A stretch of 64,000 bases of DNA from Octopus bimaculoides (lineage: Eukaryota): assembly GCF_001194135.2 (NCBI RefSeq), contig NC_068984.1:43751731-43815730 (forward strand). Reading direction: 5' to 3'. The notes beneath the pieces are model-generated. The model did not search any database and was not told the DNA's origin. It was given only the letters and a program-made list of their open reading frames with translations. Both the position numbers and the translations under genes were made by a program. This document shows, in pieces, positions 14,156-25,455 of this stretch (positions within the stretch are counted from its first letter, which is position 1; each line of letters opens with the position of its first letter).

Positions 14156-14696
14156 CCAACAATTTATCTTTGTTTAAACTTATAGAAAACATATATGTCG
14201 GTTTGCTTACACAGAACCACCTATACGCATATAATTACACATTCACCGACCGTTTTTACATACATACCCATAGATATATAGATATAACGCATATAGATGC
14301 ACACTCAAACATATATATATATATATATGTAGGTTTGTATGTGTGAGAGAAAGAGAGAGGCAGAAAGAGTGTGAGGGAGAGAGAGGGAAAGAAAAGGAGA
14401 AAGGGTGTAAGAGTGTATAACCTCGGCATATGTTAGGTACTGAGTGGCTAAACTCTAATGAATTGAAATAATCCGTGCATTTCGAAGACGATACTATGCA
14501 TGTTCAAATCTAAAAGTTGTAAGCATGGGAAGTAACTCCTCCAACATCATATAATCCAACCAATGAACTTCTTCACTTGACTTGTGGAGAAGTTCATGGA
14601 CTTATATTATTCCTAATTAAGTACACAATAGATATGGAAAATTCTTATTAAAGATTGAGCATTTTGTGTTGTTCTCAATGTCTCACACACACACAC

Positions 14697-15050
14697 GCAG
14701 GTGAAGGTGCATAGTTCAGTGGTTAGAGCGTCGGGGTAACAATGACGAAGTAGTGGGTTCGATTTCCGGACCGGGTTGTGTTGTCTTCTTGAGCAAGACA
14801 CTATTTCAGATTGCTCCAGTTCACTCAGCAGTAAAAATGAGTTGCGACGTCACTGGTGCAAAGGTTATCGGCCTTTGTGTTTACCTTGGATAACATCGAT
14901 GGCGTGGAGAGGGGCGGCTGGTATGCATGAGCGACTGCTGGTCTTCTATAAACAGCCTTGCGCGGACTTGCACCTCGAAAGGAAACTTTCTAGATGCAAT
15001 CCCATAATCATTCGTAACCAGAAGGTCAGTTTGATGTCACATCCGTATGT
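14697..15050 (+). mobile_element. tRNA-derived SINE (family C)
   Basis: Pol III A box TAGTTCAGTGGTTAGAGC and B box GGTTCGATTTCC, then TTGAGCAAGACACT and a non-tRNA body. Confidence 0.8.
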
Positions 15051-15978
15051 ATACAAACAGTGGCTATAGCATGTTATGTCAAATGATGGAAGACGGTTGG
15101 TAGAGTGTGTCTCTTCCAGTCAAAATCACTCATTTTATTTCATTAAGGACAATAGTTAGCTAATATTTCACCTATAGCTCTGTACTAAATCGTGAGCTTT
15201 ATATCAACACATTTCCCCATTGACTGTAAATAAGTTTGAGTGAAAGACATGCACCCTCAACTTGCACTCTGTTCGTCATACTACGTGAGGAAGAGAATGT
15301 TTAGATTCATCTGTGCTCAATGATTCCACAATAATATAAGTATTCGTTGTTATTGTTAATTAACTCTAGGTTAGCCCTAATCAACCATATCTATGATCAA
15401 AGGCATCATTCTATCATTGACACCTATTTTATTTAAGTATTATTCATCTAAAACTAGATTATTCCATATTTGTTTCGTTTCTGCGCTACTAGAGAATGAT
15501 ATGAGAAATATTTTACTACTACTTTTAGTAGGTCAAGTGACAATATAGAGGCTCTCACGCAGACGCAAGAATATTCCATATTCCATCACATGTATACGTG
15601 TAAGCATGTAGCAAGTTCATTGTGTCGTAGGATCATGAATATAGGGAAAAATTTTATCTAGTGTCTCTGTCACTATCAAAATGCAGCGATCATTTTACTA
15701 TCCATGTTCCATCAACAAAACAGAGGAGATGGACACAACTAACGAAACCCTCGTCAATTGTATTATGCTGCTTTTGCTGCTACAGCAGTGGGGTTTTCTC
15801 ATTGTCGTATGCATTTACATTTTTATGGCGAGGTGGATCGTGTTGTTAAGCCTCTTAGCTAAGAGCACAATGCAGAAAAAACCGTAGCCTGATATTGACG
15901 TCATAGCCATCTGCTACTTTTCTACCCCCATACATACATACATACATACATACATACATACATACATACATACATACA

Positions 15979-16210
15979 CGTGGAGACGCGTGTCTTAGTG
16001 GTTAGGATATTGGACTCATGATCGCATGATTATGGTTTCGTTTCCTAGACCGGACGATGCTTTGTGTTCTTGATCAAAACACTTCATTTCACGTTGCTCG
16101 TGTCCACCCATCTGGTAAAAATGTGTAATTCTGCGACGGACCGGCGTCCTGTCCAGCTGGGAAATTTATATGCCATTGAAACCGGTAAACCGGCCCTTAT
16201 GAGTCGGCAT
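15979..16210 (+). mobile_element. tRNA-derived SINE (family D), degenerate
   Basis: A-box-like TGTCTTAGTGGTTAGG and B-box-like GGTTTCGTTTCC, followed by TTGATCAAAACACTT. The head is related to those at 14697 and 43424. Confidence 0.7.
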
Positions 16211-16771
16211 ATAACATACCTTTATATGCATACATACACACGCACGCACACATACACGCACATGCACATACACACAAACACACACACATGCATAATAATT
16301 CACAAGCACATACACATATATCCATGTTTCCAAATTGCTATGTGTTCTTTTCTATATCAACTAGGTCAAGTACGATTGATACATGCATACATTAGCATAT
16401 AATCTATGGAATCAATATATGCAGAAATCCTCAGGAATGTAACCCTGTGCAAATTCATGCATGTATATATATATGCATATAATTAGATTTCTTCAATATG
16501 TAAGTATTTGCTTTTGCATGATCTTTGCTTATATATGTATTGACACACATGTATACATACACATGTGTGTGAATACACACAGACGCTCACATAAGCATAA
16601 GTATGCTTTCCTTTAGCTATGAGCATATTTCATAATATACGGTTGTTTGTATATGTAGGTTTGTATGTTTTAATTCTTGAACATCTGTGATACTAACATT
16701 AGTATTCTCGTGCATTATTCTTGTACTGTTCTTTATTATTATGCGTGCGTGTGTGTGTATGAAAGTGTGTG

Positions 16772-16807
<36 letters not shown>

Positions 16808-16976
16808 TTTAAACAGCATGCAGCATTTTAAAGATATCGTAATCAATAGAGAAATAGAAGGTGAGATGATTAAACGTACTAAGTATTGACTGGAGTTTTT
16901 CACGAGAAAATGATACAATAGAGAGAGAAATTTAAGTTATTATATGGATTCAGCAGTTATTTGTCTAATGCAATAA

Positions 16977-17011
<35 letters not shown>

Positions 17012-17174
17012 GCAACAACAATGATCTGCGAATCATTATCATTATTATCATCAGTAGCAGTAACAATCATAACAATATTGATTGCAACATTAATAGTAAT
17101 ATTAAACAAAAACACTATCAACAGTAAAACTTCAAAGGCAAAAAGGGACAATAAAAGTAGTAATGCTATCTTAC

Positions 17175-17325
17175 GTGTGCACAAGGTCGTACTTTTATTT
17201 AGGAAGTACACACTCAACTGAACCAATCCCTGGGTGTATTTTATTGACTTCAGAATGGTAAGAGATAAAGTCGACCTATAACCAGATTTGGACTTTGAGC
17301 ATCTAGGGGGAAATGACGAAATCTT
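17175..17325 (-). mobile_element. SINE-A, degenerate
   Basis: GCACAAGG...TTTATTGAC...ATAAAGTCGACCT...GACGAAAT. Confidence 0.55.
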
Positions 17326-17334
17326 TATCTTTTG

Positions 17335-17492
17335 TTTATTATGCGTTTCAGTCACTACACTGTGGCCATGCTGGGGCTCTACCTTGGTAAATTTTAGTCG
17401 AACAAGTCGCCCCCAAGTCATTATCTTTGCTTTTAAACCTGGTGCTTATGTTATCGGCTTCTTTTGCCTAAGCACCGGTTGTCAAATACACG
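17335..17492 (-). mobile_element. SINE-B 3' part
   Basis: TTTCAGTCA...GGCCATGCTGG...TTTAGTCGAAC is the reverse complement of the SINE-B 3' end at 55170-55235. Confidence 0.65.
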
Positions 17493-17553
17493 CACATGTA
17501 TATGTATATGTATATATCTATATCTATTTCTCTCTCTCTCACTCACTCACCCC

Positions 17554-17608
<55 letters not shown>

Positions 17609-17620
17609 CATACACACACA

Positions 17621-17988
17621 CAGGGGTTGAACAAAATAATGGAAAAACCTAGCATCATAATTTTGAAGTATCTATAAAACCGTCAAAAGCTTGTTTATTT
17701 TTATGCTTTTTGATTTATTATTAGTGTTGCTTAATATGTTTTCCTAAAATTGCTGTTTCTTTTCAGATATTATCAGAAAAAGGTAATTAAAATTCATTAA
17801 AATGACAGATATATCGGACTTTCAAAGAGGTCAAATTGTTGGTGCTCGTAAGGCAGGCACTAGCGTAAGGAAAACAGCCGAAATGTTTGGTGTATCAAGA
17901 AGTACTGTCTCGAAACAAAACTCCGGAAGAAAACCAAAACTTTCAGATAGGGGCTGTCGGAATCTTACGCGAATTATTAGAAAGGATC
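17621..17988 (+). mobile_element. Tc1-family DNA transposon 5' end (TIR plus truncated transposase N-terminus)
   Basis: Starts CAGGGGTTGAACAAAATAATGGAAA directly after a (TA)/(CA) tract. ORF 17802 MTDISDFQRGQIVGARKAGTSVRKTAEMFGVSRSTVSK-QNSGRKPKLSDR is a Tc1 paired-like HTH, apparently with an internal deletion. Confidence 0.88.
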
Positions 17989-18240
17989 ACTCTGGAAACA
18001 TGGGTGTTTCGTTCAATACTTAAACAATCCTTATTCAGGGACCTTTTGAGCGGGATAGGCTACTCGATCTGAAGAAAATTCTAACTGGGCCCCACTTGCA
18101 AGGTCATGCGCTGTTTATCTTGATATGAGATCACCATGTCGCGCACATATAGTTGTGATGCATGTGTCTGGTGTATCCTTATCAGACGGGTAGTCATGAT
18201 GATTATACTGGACTTCGTATATTTTACCTCAGTGTCACTC
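17985..18240 (+). mobile_element. Repeat R1, second 5'-truncated copy
   Basis: Aligns with 270-570 and ends in an (AAC)(AAT)n tract. Confidence 0.85.
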
Positions 18241-18249
18241 AATAATAGT

Positions 18250-18288
<39 letters not shown>

Positions 18289-18292
18289 AATA

Positions 18293-18355
<63 letters not shown>
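18241..18355 (+). repeat. (AAC)n(AAT)n microsatellite
   Basis: Read directly from the sequence. Confidence 0.97.
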
Positions 18356-18356
<1 letters not shown>

Positions 18357-19291
18357 ATCTTTCTAATTTCGGCATAAAGTTAGCAACTTTTTGGCGGGTG
18401 GGGACGTAAGTCGATTGCATTGGCATTGTTACTTGACTGGCACTTTATTTTATCAGTCTTGAAACAATGAAAGGCAAAGTTCATCTCAGCAGTATCTGAA
18501 TAGTGAATTTGAAGAGCCGAAACACTCACTGAAAAGCAGAAAGCGCAAACAATGCTGTCAATCCAGTGCCTGTTTACCATTAATTCTAATAATATCTTTT
18601 CTACTCTAGACACAAAACCCAAAATTTTTGGGGAGGGGGACTAGTCAATTAGATCGACCCCAGTTTGCAACTGGAACGTAATTTATCGACCCCGAAAGGA
18701 TGAAAGGCAAAGTCGACCTCGCCGGAATTTGAAATCAGAATGTAAAGACAGACGAAATACCGCTAAGCATTCTCCCGGCGTGTCAACGGTTCTGCTAGCT
18801 CGCCGCCCTAATTCTAATAATATCTAAGAATCGTAATAATAATTCTTTCTGCTAAAGGCACAAGGCCTGAAATTTTGGGGGAGAGAGGTCTAGTCGATTA
18901 CATCGACTCCAGTATCTCACTGATACTTAATGTATCGACCCCGAAAAGATGGAAAGCAAAATCGACCTCGGCGGAATTTGAACTCAGAATGTAAGGAAGG
19001 ATGAAATGCAGCTAATCATTTTGCTCGGCGTGCTAACGATTCTGCCAGCTCGCCGCTTTTATATTAATAGTAATAATCCTTTCCGGTAAAGGCACAAGGT
19101 CTGAAATTTGGCGGGTTGGGACTGGGCGATTACATCGAACCCAGTGTCTCACTGGTACTTAATTTATCGACTCTGAAAGGATGAAAGGCAAAGTAGATCT
19201 CGGCGGAAGTTGAACACAGGCATGAAGATCGATGAAATACTGTTAAGCATTTCGCCCGGCATGCTAAACGATTTTGTCAGCTCGCCGCCTT
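18357..19291 (-). mobile_element. Tandem array of four SINE-A copies
   Basis: Copies at about 18357-18530 (degenerate), 18594-18808, 18843-19058 and 19077-19291, head-to-tail and separated by short AAT-rich linkers. The minus strand carries A box TGGCAGAA.CGTTAGCA and B box GAGTTCAAATTCC. Confidence 0.92.
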
Positions 19292-19440
19292 AATAACAGT
19301 AATGATAATTACAGTTTCAGTAATAACCACTATCACCACCAGCACAACACCACTAGCGTCAACACCACCAGCGTCAGCACCACCAGCGTCAGCACCACCA
19401 CTACCAATACTACTAACACCACAACTACTACTGCTGCGCT
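19292..19440 (+). repeat. Degenerate trinucleotide low-complexity tract (AAT/ACC/ACT)
   Basis: Read directly; it produces spurious Thr/Ser-rich ORFs. Confidence 0.85.
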
Positions 19441-20241
19441 GCTGCAGCTGTTGGGCTCTAAGTGTCTTAAAGACTCAATCCACTTAGCAGTAAATGTGCA
19501 AGTACATTCTATAGAATAAATATAACACTCTAGCGAAAAGCAAACAACGGCATTGTAAAAGCTAAGAAGAGAGCTTTTCTGTGTCCTGCTTTGAAGCAGC
19601 TTTAAAAAAAAGCTGGGGAACTTGAGATACTCAAGATATAATAAATATGAGTTATAATAAGGGAAATAGAATGAAATATTAAGAGAGGTGTTTCCCTAGA
19701 GTAGTCCAGTAGTTTTGCTTACTAATAGAGTGAAAATAGAATGTTTAGTCTAGCATCAACATCTCATCATGTATCGTCTGTATATCGATGATTTTGTAGT
19801 TCGATGATTAGTTCAATGATATTAAGTGACATCAACATCAAATTTGGTTTGATGTTATTGTTCAGTTCTGATAGAGAAGGTGAGGGCTTATGATAAAGCA
19901 CTTGATCATTCTTTTCTTTTTGTGCAACAAAGAACACTCCATCGCAAACTGCAGTTTGTGTAAAGAATAATTTCAGTTGTAAGAACTTGCGATCAAATTC
20001 ATGAAAAACCGATTGAAAGAAAACATGTTTAAAGAGAAAACTGTGAATGTATGATTATTTGAAATTCAAGGGAGACTTCATGTAGATAAAGAGTTAACAT
20101 TTGCATAGTTTTGAAACTGAAGAGAAAAAGAAGAGACAATGTTGCTTACTGAACAATGTTACAGCCACAGATATTTCGATTCCACCGGACGTGCTTAGTA
20201 AAGATGAAAGTCGAAGTGCCGATGAGCAACCCATTCTAGGA

Positions 20242-20341
20242 GCAGGGATGGCTGTGTGATTTTGAAGTTCACTTTGCAGCTCCGTGCTTTCAGTTTTGAT
20301 TTCACTGAACAGCGTCTTGGGCAAATGTCTTCTATGATAGC
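20242..20341 (+). mobile_element. SINE-B head, degenerate
   Basis: GCAGGGATGGCTGTGTG...TCTTGGGCAAATGTCTTCTATGATAGC. Confidence 0.6.
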
Positions 20342-20559
20342 TTAAAAGTGGTCAAAACTTCTAGGAGGAAACTGTTCTCAGTTTTTAGACTTAATGTCAT
20401 ACTATTTAATACCATCATTATAGCTAACTGGGACCTTAAGGGAAGTCTATTTTGTTGCAAGCATTTGAGCCAGCTCTCTAATCTGGGGATAACTTTCTCT
20501 CTTACATCGATCAAAGAAGCACTGAAACGGTCGCTAGGAATTGCATTTCCTACCCTGAC

Positions 20560-21905
20560 TAAACCATTAAAAATGAGCACATAAATTAGATTGCAGCTGA
20601 CCCTATTGTGATTAAATCAGCTGAATATCTACAAAGGTATACTTGAGATGCATGCTATCTGGAAGAATTCAGTACCAAATATAAGTGACATAACACTTAT
20701 GTAAAAAAATATCTCTTAACATAATTAAAACTATGTCAGTCAATTCAGAAGATAGAGTAATCAATCAACGAAAAACAGTAAAAAAGTTGATCTGAGATCA
20801 TGATTGAATTCTATCGAAAGATGAATAGACAATGGGCAAAATGTAAAATTAAAAACAGAGACACAAAATTCTATGGTAAATCTTTTGTTACAAAAAGTAA
20901 AGAAAAAATAGCTCTGTACAGAATATAAAGCTGAAACTATCGAGTATTTGATCACAAAACAAGACCAAAACCTAGCAGTGAGAAATAAGCTTCTAAGTTT
21001 AGCACGTCTGAAGATGGAAGAAACACTGGCAAAATATTATTGATACAAGTACGCAAGCTGCATCTTTAGAACATTCAAATAATCGAATGGAATTGCAGTA
21101 ATAGATATAAGGGATATTAGAAATAACTGAAAGCATACTATAAAGCATATATAAAGCGATACCGCAGAATGCGTGAAGTTTGCGAAGAAACTATCAATCA
21201 CAATGTTGCTAAATGATAGTGTTTAGCCAAACTGTAATTCATAAACAGACACGATTGATTTTGAGAGTTCATTGATAGAAACTGTGTGCATTGGAAATCA
21301 TGGACAGTATGGATTGCTCATAGAAATAAAGATACAACAACCAGACACCATAATCGATCACAGAAAACGAAAAAGTGATCAAACACCGGGGTAAAAAGAT
21401 TAAAAGGCAAACTGCCCAAATATTATCATCAAAAAAGAAATGAAGTGTTTATTCATATTTTCTCCAAAAACTTTCTCTCAATTGACATAGATTCTAACAA
21501 GCGTCGTTGAAATAATGTTGAGAACATGAAGCGGAACCTATCCAAATATAAAGAATTGAAAACAGAGAAATCTAGTATGCAGAGAATGGAAACAGATAGA
21601 ATCGCAATAATAATACACGCTTTGGGAGTTTGGTTTGAAATTTTGGCACAAGGTCAGCTATTTCGGAGGAAGGGATAAATCGATTACATCGACTCCAGTG
21701 TTCAACTGGTACTTATTTTATCAACCCGAAAGGATGAAAGCAAAGCGGACCTCAGCGGAATTTGAACTCAGAACGTAAAGACAGATGAAGTGCCGCTAAG
21801 CGTTTTCCCAGTGTGCCAACGATTATCAGCATGCCTCCTTACGCTTTGGAAATATGACAAAAGCCCTAGTAACTGCATTTATACAAAGCATACAAAAATA
21901 AGATG
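20560..21905 (+). pseudogene. R4/Dong-clade non-LTR retrotransposon C-terminal relic, interrupted by a SINE-A
   Basis: NIKAETIEYLITKQDQNLAVRN (compare LKAETEG.IIAAQDQ.L.TRN) and LSKYKELKTEKSSMQRMETDRIAIIIHALG (compare LSKYKDLEIE..RMW...T..IP.I.GALG at 32872-32960). Confidence 0.75.
21626..21840 (-). mobile_element. SINE-A with 9-bp target-site duplication
   Basis: ACGCTTTGG at both 21617-21625 and 21841-21849. Confidence 0.9.
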
Positions 21906-22951
21906 AACATGATACAAACACATGACCAAAAGCAATTCGTGTATAAAAATATTTTCAAAACAAAGAAAAAAAATTGTGACTGAAATAGTGATCAGGTAAG
22001 CAGCAAAAGAACGTAGTATCAACAAAAATACGATGACTTCATATATAGACTTAAGGTCACAAATTTCGAGAGAGGGAACAATTGATAATATTAACTTCAA
22101 TATATGACACGTTCTTATTTTATTATATTTATTGCAAACCACAGAAAGTTATATGACAAAGTAAGAGATCAGGGTCAAAATTTTAACCCAAGATGTAAAA
22201 TGATATAACTAAACACCACAAAGCAGACTTCTTTTTTGCCGTTTTGCAGAATCTTTCCTGACACGAGCTTCTTGTTCATGCTATTATATAAAATGATTTG
22301 AGATTCCAGCATCATAACTTTTTGAACCAAAAGAACAGACATTCAAACAAACTGTCAAACAACCAAACAAATCTGATGTAGACAAAACAGAATAACTTGC
22401 ATTCTAAAAATAGAATGTTTCTTCCATTTTTTTTTCTATTAGTTCTAATTAACACAAATTTCAGGATCATCTCTTTTCTTGGCCAGGATTGATAATTAAA
22501 CTAGTGATTATTTCTCCCCATCGCATGTGTAATTTTGAATTTAATAGTCTTTGGTTCAATGCATTAAGTACGTTAGCACTTAGCAATTACTTCATTAGCT
22601 TGTATCTTGCACAGTAGAACATACGATTCTGATGTACATTGATAATAACGATACTGATTTTTCAACATAGGCACCTAAGGGGAAAAGGACAGGCGATTCA
22701 ATGCCACAATACATACATAAAAAAGTGGAACATGACTCGTGATTTATTGAAAATTTAGTCTCATTTCAAGTATAAGACTATACTAACTTTTGTAAGTCAA
22801 CATCTAGCGACGTACAAGAGAAGCAGAACAGCTAACCTTACTTTTACCACTAATGTCTCCGAGACAGACTTTCAACGTTGCAACCCATGATTTCTTCTCT
22901 CTTTTGTACAGATTTTTTTGATTTATCTCAATTGGAAATATGTACCATCCG

Positions 22952-23344
22952 GAAGGCGGCGAGCTGGCAGAAACGTTAGCATTCGGGCGAAATGCTTAGC
23001 GGTATTTCGTATGTTTCTGAGTTCAAATTCCGCCGAGGTCGATTTTGCCTTTCATCTTTTCGGGGTCGATTAAATAAGTACCAGTTACGCACTGGGGTCG
23101 ATATAATCGACTTAATCCTTTTGTTTGTCCCCTCTGTGTGTAGTCCCTTGTGGGCAGTAAAGAAATAAGAAACGTCAGCACACCGGATGAAATGCTTAGC
23201 GGTATTTCGTCTGTCTTTACGTTCAGAGTTCAAATTCCGCCGAGGCCAACTTTGCCTTTCATAATTTCGGAGTCGTACTGGGGTCGATCTAATCGACTGG
23301 CCCCCTCCCCCCAAATTTCGGGCTTTGTGCCTAGAGTAGAAAAG
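22952..23344 (+). mobile_element. Two fused SINE-A copies with different 3' tails
   Basis: Head GAAGGCGGCGAGCTGGCAGAAACGTTAGCA. The first copy ends ...GTAGTCCCTTGTGGGCAGTAAAGAAATAAG; the second restarts at ~23168 and ends ...GTGCCTAGAGTAGAAAAG. Confidence 0.9.
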
Positions 23345-23754
23345 CATATGTACAATTAGGTAAGTTCAGAAGGGCAAAAATTGTAACTGTGAATTTCCGA
23401 AAAAGGATTGCTAACTTAAATGAAATGAAATGCTTCTAAAAGTGATTCGAAACCAAGTTGCGATTTCCATTTGTTAGATCATTAGCTCTGTTATATTCTA
23501 CTTGCTTATTGTACTTCACATAATTCTAAGCTTAGGGGTACTCTTTCAGAGGAAACGCAGAGAATGGCGAAAATTAGGTCATAATTATTATTATAAGTAA
23601 AACTGGGAGATAATATATAGTCTTATAGTATAAAAGACAAACGGATCTCCATGTCTCTCTGTCCACCACATCTATAAAAGGGAGGGAAAAAAGGGAAAAA
23701 TTAAAATATACATCACAGTGTATTTTTAGAAGGGGGGGGGAAGTTGTTGACAGA

Positions 23755-23880
23755 GAAATAGAGAGAGCGAGAGAGAGAGAGAAGGAGAAATAAGGAGAGA
23801 GAGAGAAAGAAAGAGTGGAGAGAGAAAGAAAGAGAGAGAAAAAAGAGGGGAGAGAGAAAGAGAGAGAGAGAGAGAGTTAC
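23755..23880 (+). repeat. (GA)-rich purine tract
   Basis: Read directly from the sequence. Confidence 0.9.
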
Positions 23881-23974
23881 TATGTGAAAGATGGATAGAT
23901 AGGCAAATTGTTGTCAGCATTGTAACTAACAAGTTTTGAAAGATATAATTATACTTTTGGTTGTTTGTTCGTTC

Positions 23975-24006
<32 letters not shown>

Positions 24007-24177
24007 GCGTGTATGCATGTGTGTGTGTGTGTTTCTTTGTCTTTTAACATATAGAAAACGCAATACAGACTTTAAAAAAGACATCTACTTTCAATAAAAG
24101 AACGGGAGAGGTAAAAGGTTGTTGTTGTGAGAGAAATACAGTAAGAGAGAGAAAGAATGTGAGTGTGTGTGTGTGAC

Positions 24178-24217
<40 letters not shown>

Positions 24218-24661
24218 TGATAGATAGATAGGTATTATTGTCACCATAGTAGCTAACAGGTTTTGACTTAAAAAGCGGTAATTTTAAATGGAAGTCAATG
24301 CAACGGAACACAAACTTCAAAAAACAACTGTTATATATATATATATATATGATACATATAGTTGCGTTTAATTTTGTTTCTGTGTGTGCATGTGTGTGTG
24401 TGTGTGTGTGTGTGTGNNNNNNNNNNCGTGTGTGTGTGTGCTTCTGTATGTGTTTCAACAAGGCAGCATAGACTTTAAAAAATAACTACATGAATGTATG
24501 TATGTGTCATTGTTCAGTGTTACTTCAAGATTTCTTGCCTATAGAGAAAGAGCCGGTTTCTAACCTAGATTGAAGGCTCCTTCATTGGAATTTCAGCATC
24601 AAAAATAGGGTATTTGTGTATGTATGTATGTATGTATGTATATATATATATATATATATAT

Positions 24662-25165
24662 GCATATTCTGTTGTGTCTGAGAAAAGTCATTCTCTTTCA
24701 GTGCCTTATAATGTAACACACCGATAAAATGTCCACTTATTTATTTATTTTTCTAAAATTTTCGTTGCTTCTTGCAAACCTTTTCAATAGCTGTTGACTC
24801 TGTCCGTTATTCAAGCTGCACTCTTTTTGTTTGTTTGTGCGCACGTCTGGGTCAGCGTGTGTGCGCATACACATATCTCTATGTATGTATGTATGTATGT
24901 ATGTGTGCATGCATGTATACATACATAGATACATACATACATACATGTGTATGCGCACACACACTGACCCACACACATGCGCACAAAAAAGCAAAAAGAA
25001 CGCAGCTTGAATAACGGACAGAGTCAACAACTATTAAAAAACTTGCAAGACAAAACGAAAATCTTAAGAATATAAATAAGTAAATGAGTGGATATTTTAC
25101 CGGTAAGTGTGTTAAATTATAAGGCACTAAAAGAGAATACTCTTCCTAGACACAACAAAATATGC
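24662..25165. mobile_element. ~500-bp foldback (MITE-like) element
   Basis: The left arm GCATATTCTGTTGTGTCTG...CAGTGCCTTATAATGTAACAC...GTTGACTCTGTCCGTTATTCAAGCTGC pairs with the right arm GCAGCTTGAATAACGGACAGAGTCAAC...GTGTTAAATTATAAGGCACT...GACACAACAAAATATGC. Centre at ~24910. Confidence 0.85.
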
Positions 25166-25328
25166 TTCAACACACAAACTCATATAAAGAATCTTGCAAA
25201 TAAAATCCAGACATGAAATATATATAGTGATGGTTTGTTGCCAACTTAATGTGTCAATTCCAAGAAAAGGAAGAATGTTACTGTTATTTAGTCCCAGGAG
25301 ACAGTTTCCAGTTGGCTATGTGACACAA

Positions 25329-25442
25329 GCTAGCTGTCGATGCTTATTCGCCTCTGAAAACTTATAGAATTTCAACCGAAATAAATTCACTGATCTACAA
25401 AATTTATAAGTTTTCAAAGGCGAATAAGTATCGACAGCTAGC
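25329..25442. repeat. 114-bp inverted repeat (43-bp arms)
   Basis: GCTAGCTGTCGATGCTTATTCGCCTCTGAAAACTTATAGAATTT versus AAATTTATAAGTTTTCAAAGGCGAATAAGTATCGACAGCTAGC: two substitutions and one indel. Confidence 0.95.
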
Positions 25443-25455
25443 AAGCCAAGCTACT

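Noticed and set aside
14697-14775. tRNA genes at SINE heads (also 15979, 43424, 54840)
   Set aside because: A and B boxes are present but there is no complete cloverleaf, and each runs into a SINE body.
15681-15887. Hydrophobic ORF containing MDTTNETLVNC, reminiscent of a receptor N-terminus
   Set aside because: Short, no recognisable family motif, no convincing splice donor, and overlapped by an equally plausible ORF in another frame.
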